Positions 19,904-29,327 of a DNA stretch of 43,803 nucleotides are shown piece after piece; the stretch's first letter is position 1; each line of letters begins with the position of its first letter. The DNA is from an uncultured Bacteroidales bacterium (GTDB lineage: Bacteria; Bacteroidota; Bacteroidia; Bacteroidales; Tenuifilaceae). Location: positions 1 to 43,803 of the forward strand of contig CALGIR010000004.1 in NCBI GenBank assembly GCA_937915475.1, read 5' to 3'. The notes under the pieces are model-generated. The model was not told the origin of the DNA and ran no database searches. It worked only from the letters and a program-made list of their open reading frames with translations. The translations under genes were made by a program, and so were the position numbers.

Positions 19904-20257
19904 GTTTTATATAAAAACATTACGCTCTATTTGCTTCCAATACTCAACTACTATAAAAATTTTCAATAGCTTTTTTAACATTCCTAATCCTTTTTCTAAG
20001 CTAATTCATTCTATTACGCAGAGAAAGTTATACTTTGAGGAGGGTCAGAGTTCTTTCGTTTTTATTTGTTATTTTCGCACCTTGCTTTAAGGAAGCGAAC
20101 ACCAATAAGCACTGCAATTTAGTTGCTCTAATTGGAACTATACTGCCGTTTAGCTGTTCTTTTATCATAGCGAGAAGAGTGTTGTTAATTCAATTTCAGT
20201 ATCCTCTTACAGTTGACAGTAGTGCGCAAAAGTTTTTTAACCCAAACTTCTTTTACA

Positions 20258-21109
20258 ATGAAAATATCATCATTTAACATACAAACCTTTTTAATTGATG
20301 GGGGAACCATGTTTGGAGTAGTCCCAAAAGCACTATGGAATCGGCAATACCCTGCTGATGAAAATAATTTAATCCCTCTCGATTTACGCTCACTGGTTAT
20401 TGAAACTAACAACCGAGTTGTTCTAATAGACACTGGTTTTGGAGACAAGCAAAGTGAAAAGTTCTTTCGCCATTTTTACCTTTTTGGTGGGGAGGGACTA
20501 ATTGAGGGGTTAGCAAATTTAGGGTATAAACCTTCGGATATTACCGATGTAATCCACACACATCTGCATTACGATCATTGCGGTGGCGGAATAGGGGTTG
20601 ATAAAAGCGGAAACTACTACCCAGTTTTCCCTAATGCAAAATACCACATAAGTCAAGCACAATGGGATTCGGCTTTAAACCCCAATATAAGAGAGGCCGA
20701 TTCTTTTATGATGGATAACATACTCCCCATTAAAGATCTTGGGCTACTCAATCTTATTAAAAAAGAAGGCGAACTAATGCCCGGTATTGAGCTGCGTTTT
20801 TTCAATGGCCACACAAAGGGACAGATGATACCAATTATTGAATTACCCAACGGCAAAAAACTAGTATATACTGCCGATCTCTTTCCGTCAACAGCCCACA
20901 TTCACCTAGCATGGAATGCAAGTTACGATGTTGAACCATTGGTCTCCATAGAAGAAAAGGAAACTTTTTTGAATGAGGCAATTGGTAAGAACTACTACCT
21001 ATACTATCAGCACGACCATTTTACCGAGTGTGGCACATTAAGCCAGACACCAAAGGGTATACGAGCAGGCAATAAACTAGCTTTAAACGAAATTCTAAAA
21101 GGAGTTTAG
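20258..21109 (+). CDS. MBL-fold metallo-hydrolase (YtnP-like)
   Basis: DGGTMFGVVPK, LIDTGFG, THLHYDHCGG (HxHxDH), GHTKG, ADLFP, HD. ATG at 20258. Confidence 0.9.
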   Translation: MKISSFNIQTFLIDGGTMFGVVPKALWNRQYPADENNLIPLDLRSLVIETNNRVVLIDTGFGDKQSEKFFRHFYLFGGEGLIEGLANLGYKPSDITDVIHTHLHYDHCGGGIGVDKSGNYYPVFPNAKYHISQAQWDSALNPNIREADSFMMDNILPIKDLGLLNLIKKEGELMPGIELRFFNGHTKGQMIPIIELPNGKKLVYTADLFPSTAHIHLAWNASYDVEPLVSIEEKETFLNEAIGKNYYLYYQHDHFTECGTLSQTPKGIRAGNKLALNEILKGV

Positions 21110-21508
21110 GAATAGGTTAAAAGTAAAGCGGATGAATGGTGCGAAGCACCATAAAAACAGCATCAGCGATACACCGATATCAACCCAGATAATACAGCGA
21201 ACAGTTTTTGCTTTTAGCCTTATTAAAAGTAAAAAGAAAACCCTAAGCATTAGCTGTAAAGCAAAGAATGAGAATATTTGCAAAACGTGAGGATTGTTGC
21301 GCTGTGCATCGGCATAATTGCCTCTTACCAGTTGTGAAAAGGCAGCCGAAAGTCCCTTACTTGGTGAAACGATACCACTAATATCGGTGAAAAAGGATGG
21401 TATTGGATGTTGCCCAAGGCTAAATAATAGGGAATAAACAAAAACTCCAATAATAACAGCCAAAAATAGCAGATTAATCTTTCTGTAGGAAACTAACCTC
21501 TGATCCAT
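21095..21508 (-). CDS. DUF2752-like membrane protein with the cysteine motif lost
   Basis: TM - PSFFTDISGIVSPSKGLSAAFSQLVRGNYADAQRNNP - 2 TM; aligns by eye with the DUF2752 pattern PCxF..xTGxxCPGCGxTRA...LxxGx..A...NP. Confidence 0.65.
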   Translation of the reverse strand: MDQRLVSYRKINLLFLAVIIGVFVYSLLFSLGQHPIPSFFTDISGIVSPSKGLSAAFSQLVRGNYADAQRNNPHVLQIFSFFALQLMLRVFFLLLIRLKAKTVRCIIWVDIGVSLMLFLWCFAPFIRFTFNLFLNSF

Positions 21509-21533
21509 TCCTCTTCTATTTTCTCAAGTTTAT

Positions 21534-22016
21534 TTACCTAATAAATATCTTCTGGAACTTAAACCCATGATGAACTTCGTATAACTTATTTGCAGGTAAA
21601 ATTATCTCAACATTTGTTTTTGTATAGTTTACTACAATCTGCTTTGAACCCTTAAATAATCTATCGAACCATTTCTGAGCTGCCACTTTAAAAAATCCAT
21701 TTCCATCAGCTAGCTCAACATATCCTCGCTTTAAAAAATAGTCTTTTATAAGCATGGGATCAACCTCACCTCCATGCCCAACCTCCAGATGTACAGGCTT
21801 GTAACTATGCACAATTGCTCCAGGAAAAATAAGAGCATAGAAATAAAGGATTATTGGAGTGCGTGTGAGCTGCTCAATAAACACAACCTTTCCGTAATAG
21901 AAAATAGCATAGATTATCAGATGTATTACAAATACAGTAACTAGACTAATTAACGACATCAAAATCCACGAAACTAAGTACTTATTGCCTTTAGTGTGTT
22001 TAATCTCAATATTCAT
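21534..22016 (-). CDS. Hypothetical membrane protein (2 TM plus soluble C-terminal domain)
   Basis: 160-aa ORF with ATG start, tightly packed and co-oriented with both neighbours. Confidence 0.7.
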   Translation of the reverse strand: MNIEIKHTKGNKYLVSWILMSLISLVTVFVIHLIIYAIFYYGKVVFIEQLTRTPIILYFYALIFPGAIVHSYKPVHLEVGHGGEVDPMLIKDYFLKRGYVELADGNGFFKVAAQKWFDRLFKGSKQIVVNYTKTNVEIILPANKLYEVHHGFKFQKIFIR

Positions 22017-22046
22017 TTAACCCAATCGTATTAACTAAAGGAATTG

Positions 22047-22496
22047 CTATTCGTTCTCTTTTTTCTCATTGTCCTTCTCTTTCTCAATAGCCCTCAACCT
22101 GTTTTCAAGGCTATCAATTCGCTGTTTGCTAGGCAAATCATCCCCTTCATCGTTAAAGGCCTCTTTTATTGCCTGCTCAATCCTTTTAACGGTTTTCGGA
22201 TCCTTAATAGACTCATTAGCAATAATAGAAAGTCCGCTAAAAAGAAGAAGCCATGCCGCAGCAAGAAGAGTTGCCAAAACTGAAACAATTAGTGCAGCAA
22301 TACCTAAACCCTTTGAGCCGTTTCCTTTGGTTGCCTGAACTATTGATATTACGCTAAAAATAATTGCCAAACCTCCTGGTAAAAAAGCAACCACACCTAT
22401 ACAAGGTATAAATGCAACAATTAGCGCTATAATGCCCAATACAATCCCAATAATGCCAGTTACCTGTCCCTCAGTTGTAGTTCTAATTGGTTCCAT
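22047..22496 (-). CDS. DUF4190-like membrane protein
   Basis: GIIGIVLGIIALIVAFIPCIG...GLGIAALIVS hairpin TMs and a charged C-terminal tail. Confidence 0.7.
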   Translation of the reverse strand: MEPIRTTTEGQVTGIIGIVLGIIALIVAFIPCIGVVAFLPGGLAIIFSVISIVQATKGNGSKGLGIAALIVSVLATLLAAAWLLLFSGLSIIANESIKDPKTVKRIEQAIKEAFNDEGDDLPSKQRIDSLENRLRAIEKEKDNEKKENE

Positions 22497-22697
22497 TCTT
22501 CAGTGTTATTATTATGCTATAATGACGAATTTGTTAGACTTATTGCTGCAACAACCATTAGTTTAATTTCAATATCAACACCACAAACATTTACCATACA
22601 GCAGATGTTATCCTTTTAATTATCATCAATTTTGCTATAAATGTACAAAAACGATTACTTCTTGAACCTAATACCCTAAAAAAACATTGAAAAAGCA

Positions 22698-22705
22698 TAT
22701 CTTTG
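22698..22705 (+). promoter_or_regulatory. Bacteroidetes -7 element (TATCTTTG) for queD-folE
   Basis: TAnnTTTG 25 nt upstream of the queD ATG. Confidence 0.6.
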
Positions 22706-22730
22706 GTTTAATAATTAACACTTTACTACT

Positions 22731-23150
22731 ATGCCAGTTGCATATTTAACCCGCCGCGAGAGGTTCTCTTCTGCACACCGCCTTTTTAAACCCGACCTTA
22801 CAGATGAGGAAAACTTTGAACTATACGGACAATGCTCGCACCCCAATTGGCATGGGCATAACTACCAGCTGTTTGTTACGATTAAGGGGGAAATAAACGA
22901 TACAACCGGATACGTGCTTAACCTAAAACACCTTAGTGAGCTTATTAAGAAAGAAATCATTGAAAAAGTTGACCACAAAAACCTAAATGTTGATGTGGAT
23001 TTCTTAAGTGGAATTATACCATCAACTGAAAACATTGCTGTTTTTATCTGGAATAAGCTCAAGAATCCCATAAAAAATTTGGGTGCAGAAATCCATAGGG
23101 TTAAAATTCAAGAAACCGAGAACAACTATGTGGAGTATTTTGGAGAATAG
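22731..23150 (+). CDS. queD: 6-carboxytetrahydropterin synthase / 6-pyruvoyl-tetrahydropterin synthase family
   Basis: FSSAHRL, CSHPNWHGHNY, DHKNLN, PSTENIA, ETENN; adjacent to folE. Confidence 0.88.
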   Translation: MPVAYLTRRERFSSAHRLFKPDLTDEENFELYGQCSHPNWHGHNYQLFVTIKGEINDTTGYVLNLKHLSELIKKEIIEKVDHKNLNVDVDFLSGIIPSTENIAVFIWNKLKNPIKNLGAEIHRVKIQETENNYVEYFGE

Positions 23151-23205
23151 CAAGCATTTGGACTAAGTTTAAGATATCAATTCGTATTTTTGTAAAAAAC
23201 ATACC

Positions 23206-23850
23206 ATGAACATTGAAAATATAAACGACGACGCCTTACTTCATGAAAACGAGGGATACGAGAAGGTAGAACGCTGGAACGCTGAGAAAACTAAAAAACT
23301 AGCCCAGAACTACAAAAGCATTCTCGACCTAATTGGGGAAGATGTAGATAGAGAGGGTTTGAAAGATACCCCAATGCGAGTTGCAAAAGCAATACAATTT
23401 CTTACCCACGGTTATAACCTTGACCCTAGGGAAATCCTAAACAGCGCCAAATTTAACGAGGACTATAAGCAAATGGTTATTGTTAAGGATATTGAGCTAT
23501 ACTCAATGTGCGAGCACCACATGATCCCTTTTTACGGAAAAGCCCATGTGGCCTACATACCCAACGAACAAATTACAGGTTTAAGTAAAATAGCACGGGT
23601 TGTTGATGCTTTTGCCCGAAGGCTCCAGGTACAGGAGCGACTCACCATGCAAATTAGGGACTGCATTCAGGAAACCCTAAACCCAATGGGAGTTGCAGTT
23701 GTAATTGAGGCAGCACACATGTGCATGCAAATGCGCGGTATACAGAAGCAAAACTCAGTTACCACAACATCGGCATTTACGGGTGTATTTCTATCACAAA
23801 CAAAAACTCGGGAGGAGTTTATCCATTTAATTGGACTAAAATTGCACTAG
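23206..23850 (+). CDS. folE: GTP cyclohydrolase I
   Basis: [43 protein letters not shown]. Confidence 0.97.
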   Translation: MNIENINDDALLHENEGYEKVERWNAEKTKKLAQNYKSILDLIGEDVDREGLKDTPMRVAKAIQFLTHGYNLDPREILNSAKFNEDYKQMVIVKDIELYSMCEHHMIPFYGKAHVAYIPNEQITGLSKIARVVDAFARRLQVQERLTMQIRDCIQETLNPMGVAVVIEAAHMCMQMRGIQKQNSVTTTSAFTGVFLSQTKTREEFIHLIGLKLH

Positions 23851-23914
23851 TCCACTGCTTAGTTGGGAACAAGCAAAGAGACGAACAACCAATACACTTT
23901 CAATCGAAACTCGT

Positions 23915-23922
23915 TATATTTG
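23915..23922 (+). promoter_or_regulatory. Bacteroidetes -7 element (TATATTTG) for the TA remnant
   Basis: TAnnTTTG 28 nt upstream of ATG 23951. Confidence 0.55.
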
Positions 23923-23950
23923 TGGAATGTAGTATGTAAAGATTGATGAG

Positions 23951-24191
23951 ATGAACATACAAGCAAGAAAACTGAATCTAATAGAAGAACTTCTAAGAAT
24001 CTCTGATGAAAGTATCATTGAGAAACTAGAATTTTTATTAGAATAGAGAGAGAAAGACAATATAAAAAGAACTAAAACCTATGTCGTTGGAAGAATTCCA
24101 TGAAATGATTGACCAGGCAAAACAAGACAAAGCAAACGGTCGAGTAATTTCACATGAAGAATTAAAAAAGAGAGTCAAATCATGGAAATAA
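23951..24191 (+). pseudogene. Frameshifted putative type II antitoxin
   Basis: Three consecutive frames read MNIQARKLNLIEELLRISDESIIEKLE / FIRIERERQY / KELKPMSLEEFHEMIDQAKQDKANGRVISHEELKKRVKSWK*. The C-terminal 'D..xGRxxSHEExKK...W' is typical of antitoxins preceding RelE/ParE genes. Confidence 0.7.
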
Positions 24192-24352
24192 AGATTGAAT
24201 GGTCTGAATTATCTTCAAAACAATTAAATGATATTTATGACTACTACTCTCTTAAAGTTAACCTCTTTGATCAGAAGCCATTATTAAACCGTTTCCCGAC
24301 TAACTTATTTTCAAATCGTACTTTTCTAAAAGGCCAGCAATGCCATGAATAG
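24182..24352 (+). pseudogene. Truncated RelE/ParE-family toxin
   Basis: MEIKIEWSELSSKQLNDIYDYYSLKV matches a ParE/RelE N-terminus (W...A..xL..IxDY) and overlaps the antitoxin stop. Similarity is lost after about 27 codons, and the frame runs into the opposite-strand gene. Confidence 0.68.
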
Positions 24353-24872
24353 AAAATTTTGCTTTCTTAATTCGATTAATTTCTGGGTCAATTGAATAAC
24401 CATAGGAGGTAGAAAAATCTGCTTTCTCAATAATAGTATTATCAAAAGTTGCACCTGTTAAGTCGCAATTATCAAACACCGAACTGGTCAAGTCAGCCTC
24501 AGTAAAATCAACCTCCTGTAATTGAACATCCTTAAAGGTTGTTTTAATGATTTTTACTTTAAAAAATGAGGAATGATTTAAAGTGCAATTCTCAAAACTA
24601 AAGGAAAGTCCAAATTCATCACAGTTATCAAAACGTAGCCCCAACATTTTACAATCCTTAAATTGTATGTCACGAAATGCGGTCATTGGCAGATTAGCCA
24701 AGCTTAAATTACAATCCAAAAACTCACAATCGGTAAACATGTAATTTGATAAGTCGCAGTTTGATAAGTCGCAATTTTGGAAATGGCAATTTTCGTATTC
24801 CCCTTTTGTCAAAGGCTTTTCTTTAAAATCAATTTTGTCAAACGTCTTTCCTTCAATGTATGCTAGTTCCAT
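24300..24872 (-). CDS. Pentapeptide repeat protein (Qnr/MfpA-like fold)
   Basis: Continuous [A/C/S][D/N][L/F]xx repeats (CDLSN CDLSN, CNLSL ANL, VDFTE ADLTS SVFDN CDLTG ATFDN). Confidence 0.92.
   Translation of the reverse strand: MELAYIEGKTFDKIDFKEKPLTKGEYENCHFQNCDLSNCDLSNYMFTDCEFLDCNLSLANLPMTAFRDIQFKDCKMLGLRFDNCDEFGLSFSFENCTLNHSSFFKVKIIKTTFKDVQLQEVDFTEADLTSSVFDNCDLTGATFDNTIIEKADFSTSYGYSIDPEINRIKKAKFSIHGIAGLLEKYDLKIS
24745..24773. repeat. 15-bp-period tandem repeat (TTTGATAAGTCGCA x2) within the pentapeptide gene
   Basis: Identical 14-mers at 24745-24758 and 24760-24773, encoding CDLSN twice. Confidence 0.8.
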
Positions 24873-25013
24873 ATCCTGTTATTGTCTGTTTATTATTTCT
24901 TTTTTACGCAAGCCACTAACTTTACCCAACAACTGTTTTGGGCTAGTCTATCTTAAGTAATTCTCCATTATACTAACTAATAAAATAGATAAAATTATTG
25001 GAGGGATAAATAC

Positions 25014-25050
25014 AAAAAGGCCATTGGGAATCACCCCAATGACCTTTTTT
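25014..25050 (-). terminator. Intrinsic terminator of the methylmalonyl-CoA mutase operon
   Basis: Minus strand AGGTCATTGGG-gtgatt-CCCAATGGCCT followed by TTTT, just after the mutase stop. Confidence 0.8.
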
Positions 25051-25067
25051 ATAATATCATCAAACTT

Positions 25068-27200
25068 TTACTCAAATCGCTGAAGCAAAAGATCTAGTAT
25101 TTGCTTGCCTGCAACGGACACGGGTGAGCCAGGCCCAAAAATTGCTGCAACACCTTTATCGTATAGGTATTGGTAATCTTGAGCAGGTATTACCCCACCG
25201 CAGATAACCATAATATCCTCACGTCCAAGTTTCTTTAACTCCTCCATTACTTCTGGCACCAATGTTTTATGCCCAGCAGCCAAACTCGACACGCCAAGAA
25301 GATGAACATCATTCTCAACAGCTTGTTTAGCAGCTTCGGCTGGTGTTTGAAATAGAGGACCTATATCTACGTCGAAACCTATATCGGCATAGCCCGTTGC
25401 AACCACTTTGGCTCCACGGTCGTGACCATCCTGCCCCATCTTTGCAATCATAATGCGGGGCTGACGGCCCTCTAACTTGGCGAACTTCTCACAAAGTTCG
25501 CGTGCTTCGTTAAAACTATTATCATTCATAGATTCTGCTGAATAAACTCCTGAAATTGAACGTATAACTGCTTTGTAGCGTCCTGCAACCTTCTCACAAG
25601 CATCGGATATCTCGCCAAGTGTAGCCCGAAGTCTAGCTGCCTCAACAGAAAGTTCGAGGATGTTACCTTCACCTGTTTTAGCACAATGGGTAATTGCTTC
25701 AAGACTTTCTTGCACTTTTGCCTCATTCCTATTTGCCTTTATCTCTTTAAGACGACGAATTTGGCTATCGCGTACCGCTGTATTATCAACATCCAAAATA
25801 TCAATTGGATCTTCCTTCTCTAGTCTATACTTGTTAATTCCAACAATGGAATCTTTCCCAGAATCGATTCGGGCTTGCTTTCGTGCTGATGCCTCCTCAA
25901 TCCGCATCTTAGGAATACCCGTTTCAATGGCTTTTGCCATACCGCCAAGCTCCTCAACCTCCTGAATAAGTGTCCATGCTTTGTGCGTAATTTCGTGGGT
26001 CAATTTCTCAACATAGTACGACCCTGCCCATGGGTCAACAGAACGGGTAATATCGGTTTCCTCCTGAAGATATATCTGTGTATTACGTGCAATACGAGCC
26101 GAAAAATCAGTGGGTAAAGCAATTGCCTCATCCAAGGCATTGGTGTGCAAACTCTGCGTATGACCAAGTGCAGCGGCCATTGCCTCTATGCAAGTACGTG
26201 CCACGTTATTGTACGGATCCTGCTCCGTTAAACTCCAGCCCGATGTTTGGCTGTGCGTACGTAAAGCAAGTGATTTTGGATTTTTAGGATTAAATTGCTT
26301 CACAATCTTAGCCCAAAGTATTCGTGCAGCACGCAACTTGGCAATTTCCATAAAATGGTTCATCCCAATTCCCCAAAAGAACGAAAGACGAGGTGCAAAA
26401 GTATCGATATCCATACCAGAGTTTACACCAGTACGAAGATACTCAAGCCCATCGGCTAGAGTGTATGCCAGCTCAATATCGGCAGTTGCACCAGCTTCCT
26501 GCATGTGGTATCCCGAAATGGATATGCTATTGAACTTGGGCATATTCTTGGCGGCATACTGGAAAATATCGGCAATAATCCTCATGGAGAACTCAGGTGG
26601 GTAGATGTAAGTATTACGCACCATGAACTCCTTTAGAATATCATTCTGAATTGTACCAGCTAACTGCTCAAGGGTTGCACCCTGCTCCAATGCCGCTCCA
26701 ATGTAAAAAGCCATAATGGGCAGCACGGCACCATTCATAGTCATCGATACCGACATTTGGTCCAAGGGAATACCATCGAAAAGGATTTTCATATCCTCAA
26801 TGGAATCGATAGCAACTCCAGCCTTACCAACATCGCCAACTACACGTGGGTGATCGCTATCGTAACCACGGTGGGTTGCTAGGTCGAATGCAACGGATAA
26901 ACCCTTTTGGCCTGCGGCCAAATTACGGCGATAAAATGCGTTCGACTCCTCGGCTGTTGAGAAACCGGCATATTGGCGAACCGTCCATGCCCTATTAACG
27001 TACATGGTGCTATATGGCCCTCGCAAAAATGGCGAAAGACCTGCTGCATAGTTCAAGTGCTCCAACCCTTCCAAGTCGGCCTTACTATAAACAGGGTTTA
27101 TAGTAATCTGCTCAGGGGTAAGAAAACCATCTTTAGAGTCTTTTACCTCTTTGGCTGAATACTCCTGATTGATATTTATTTTTTTGAAATCTGGTTTCAT
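25068..27200 (-). CDS. scpA: Methylmalonyl-CoA mutase, large (catalytic, B12-binding) subunit
   Basis: [41 protein letters not shown] cobalamin-binding motif. Confidence 0.97.
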   Translation of the reverse strand: MKPDFKKININQEYSAKEVKDSKDGFLTPEQITINPVYSKADLEGLEHLNYAAGLSPFLRGPYSTMYVNRAWTVRQYAGFSTAEESNAFYRRNLAAGQKGLSVAFDLATHRGYDSDHPRVVGDVGKAGVAIDSIEDMKILFDGIPLDQMSVSMTMNGAVLPIMAFYIGAALEQGATLEQLAGTIQNDILKEFMVRNTYIYPPEFSMRIIADIFQYAAKNMPKFNSISISGYHMQEAGATADIELAYTLADGLEYLRTGVNSGMDIDTFAPRLSFFWGIGMNHFMEIAKLRAARILWAKIVKQFNPKNPKSLALRTHSQTSGWSLTEQDPYNNVARTCIEAMAAALGHTQSLHTNALDEAIALPTDFSARIARNTQIYLQEETDITRSVDPWAGSYYVEKLTHEITHKAWTLIQEVEELGGMAKAIETGIPKMRIEEASARKQARIDSGKDSIVGINKYRLEKEDPIDILDVDNTAVRDSQIRRLKEIKANRNEAKVQESLEAITHCAKTGEGNILELSVEAARLRATLGEISDACEKVAGRYKAVIRSISGVYSAESMNDNSFNEARELCEKFAKLEGRQPRIMIAKMGQDGHDRGAKVVATGYADIGFDVDIGPLFQTPAEAAKQAVENDVHLLGVSSLAAGHKTLVPEVMEELKKLGREDIMVICGGVIPAQDYQYLYDKGVAAIFGPGSPVSVAGKQILDLLLQRFE

Positions 27201-27327
27201 AGTCTATTTTGTATTTTTAAACACTGAGACTCTAGGTTACTACTTTGTGCGGAATACTATCAATAACTTACTTTAATACAACCTTTTAACCTCTCGACAA
27301 TATCCCTTGTTTTGCCTTACTGCTGTG

Positions 27328-29199
27328 TTAAATATTTAATAACCTCTGATACTCTCTCAGGGTCTCTAGCACATTACTTTTTACGTTGATAAAATTCTTA
27401 ATCCCTTTTGCTTCAAGTGCAGGTCTGCAAGCAGGCGCACCAGCTACAGTAAATATAGCCTTGTTGTTAAGCTTTTCGAATGCCTCAGGAGCAAGGGTTT
27501 CGTATTCGTCATCGGATGAGCAAATAACTACTATATCGCTTTTGGCATCAAGCGCAGCTTTAATGCCCTCATCAACAGTTTTAAAACCAATATTATCAAC
27601 TACCTCAAAGCCAGCGCAAGCAAAGAAATTGCAGCTAAACTGTGCCCGAGCCCTCCGGAATGAAACGTTTCCGACTGCAAGCATAAACGCCTTAGGGCGC
27701 TTGCCAGAAACATCGGTTCTGTACCTTAACTCCTCAAATGCTTGTGACCCTCTAAATTGATTAAGAGGCTCGCATATTGCATCGGCGGGTATCTGCACCT
27801 CAGGTTTTTTAACAGTTTCTATACTCACAACCTTTGGGTCCGCAACCTCGGTAAAGTTAGGGTACTGGTTTGTCCCAAGAACGGTTTGCCTACGCGTTGC
27901 GATATTTGACTCACGCTTGTCGGCTAGCGTTTTAATCTCATTCTGAATAAATCCATCGGTAAAGGCTTTTACGTAACCTCCCAAATCTTGAACTTTCAAA
28001 AACAGATCCCATGCATGCTTAATAACCGATTGGGTTAAGGTTTCGATATAGTAACTACCCGCAGCCGGATCGACCACCTTATCGAAATAGGCTTCCTCTT
28101 TAACAATTATCTGCTGATTACGGGCAACCCTTTCGGAGAATGCGGTTTGCTTTTGATAAGGAGCATCGAATGGAAGTACAGTAAAACTATTCACTCCGCC
28201 AAGGCTTGCCGCCATGGTTTCGGTAGTAGTGCGGAGCATGTTTATGTATGGATCGTAAACGGTTTTGTTCCACATTGAGTTAGTAGCATGTACGGTAATA
28301 GGTTTGCAATTTGGGCAAGAATAAGCCTCAGCAACCTTTGCCCAAAGCAAACGAATAGCCCTAAATTTCGCAATTTCCATAAAGTAGTTCGAACCTACGG
28401 CAAAGGTAAAGGACATCTTACTAAAAGCATCGGTAACGCTAACCCCTTTTTCGGTTAGCCAATTAACGTACTCAACGCCCATGGCTATTGCAAAAGCTAG
28501 TTCTTGGGTAATGGATGACCCTGCATTACGGAAAATATCGCCTCTTACAGCAATTAACTTAAAGTTTGACAGCGCTTTACCGCTGTTAAAAACCTCAAGA
28601 GTACGCTGGGCTGCTGTTTCCTCATCAACACAAAACTTTCCGCTTAACGAAAGTGCAGCAAGAGGACTATAATCGAACGATCCCTTGGCCTTTGTAATAT
28701 CAACATTGGCCTTTTTAAATGCATCGATTAGCACGGGCAATATGATCCTAGAATTGCAGCCCGAAACGAAGTTAACCTCATGTTCAGTAGGATCGATGCC
28801 AGTAATCAGTTTTGATACACTATCAACCGATGGTTTACAATCGGCACAAGTAACAAAGCCAACCGAATCGGCTCCTCTTTTAAGTGCATCTACCGCTTTT
28901 TTATTGGCTTGCTGTACATCGCAAGCATCAAAATCTTGCCTTACAAGCCAGCTATTCGAATCGGTATTAACCCCTCGGGCATAAGGAAACTCACCAGGCA
29001 AGGCGTGAGTGCTCTTAATATTCTCTAAATCTTCAGCCCGATAGTAAGGTTTAACGCTAAAACCCTCCATGGTTTTCCATACCAACCTTTTGTCGTAGTC
29101 GGCACCTTTCAAATCCTTCTTTATTGCCTCTTCCCATGCTTCGGTTGACACCGGCGGGAAATCGGAGAACAATTTAGGATCGTTTATATTCTCTGCCAT
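27328..29199 (-). CDS. mutA: Methylmalonyl-CoA mutase, small subunit
   Basis: YFMEIAKFRA, DPYINMLRTTTE, RVARNQQ, DPAAGSYYIE, ICSSDDEY; lacks DxHxxG, as expected for the small subunit. Confidence 0.93.
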   Translation of the reverse strand: MAENINDPKLFSDFPPVSTEAWEEAIKKDLKGADYDKRLVWKTMEGFSVKPYYRAEDLENIKSTHALPGEFPYARGVNTDSNSWLVRQDFDACDVQQANKKAVDALKRGADSVGFVTCADCKPSVDSVSKLITGIDPTEHEVNFVSGCNSRIILPVLIDAFKKANVDITKAKGSFDYSPLAALSLSGKFCVDEETAAQRTLEVFNSGKALSNFKLIAVRGDIFRNAGSSITQELAFAIAMGVEYVNWLTEKGVSVTDAFSKMSFTFAVGSNYFMEIAKFRAIRLLWAKVAEAYSCPNCKPITVHATNSMWNKTVYDPYINMLRTTTETMAASLGGVNSFTVLPFDAPYQKQTAFSERVARNQQIIVKEEAYFDKVVDPAAGSYYIETLTQSVIKHAWDLFLKVQDLGGYVKAFTDGFIQNEIKTLADKRESNIATRRQTVLGTNQYPNFTEVADPKVVSIETVKKPEVQIPADAICEPLNQFRGSQAFEELRYRTDVSGKRPKAFMLAVGNVSFRRARAQFSCNFFACAGFEVVDNIGFKTVDEGIKAALDAKSDIVVICSSDDEYETLAPEAFEKLNNKAIFTVAGAPACRPALEAKGIKNFINVKSNVLETLREYQRLLNI

Positions 29200-29232
29200 A
29201 ACCTATATGTTTATTTATTTAGTATCGAGGCA

Positions 29233-29240
29233 CAAATTTA
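29233..29240 (-). promoter_or_regulatory. Bacteroidetes -7 element (TAAATTTG) for the mutase operon
   Basis: TAnnTTTG 33 nt upstream of the mutA ATG. Confidence 0.55.
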
Positions 29241-29327
29241 CAAACTTATTAGCATTGTAAGTAAAAATGAGCGTAATATAGTAGTGAGTGTGTTTTGTAG
29301 CATATCAATTTGAGCAGAGACTAACAG

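Noticed and set aside
19839-20277. ORFs 19839..20090 and 20035..20277
   Set aside because: The first starts inside tRNA-Leu and crosses its terminator; neither has recognisable protein features.
22640-22790. preQ1 riboswitch at queD
   Set aside because: The leader after the -7 element is only about 20 nt. The AGAGGTTCT seen nearby lies inside the coding sequence and lacks the A-rich pseudoknot tail.
23855-24935. Integron attC-type cassette boundaries around the TA remnant and pentapeptide gene (GTTGGGA at 23862; GTTAGTG on the minus strand near 24920)
   Set aside because: Neither fits GTTRRRY, no matching inverse core with an attC hairpin follows the genes, and there is no integrase.
29200-29327. 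Cobalamin riboswitch upstream of the mutase operon
   Set aside because: The region is too short and shows no B12-box or conserved GGGAA core.
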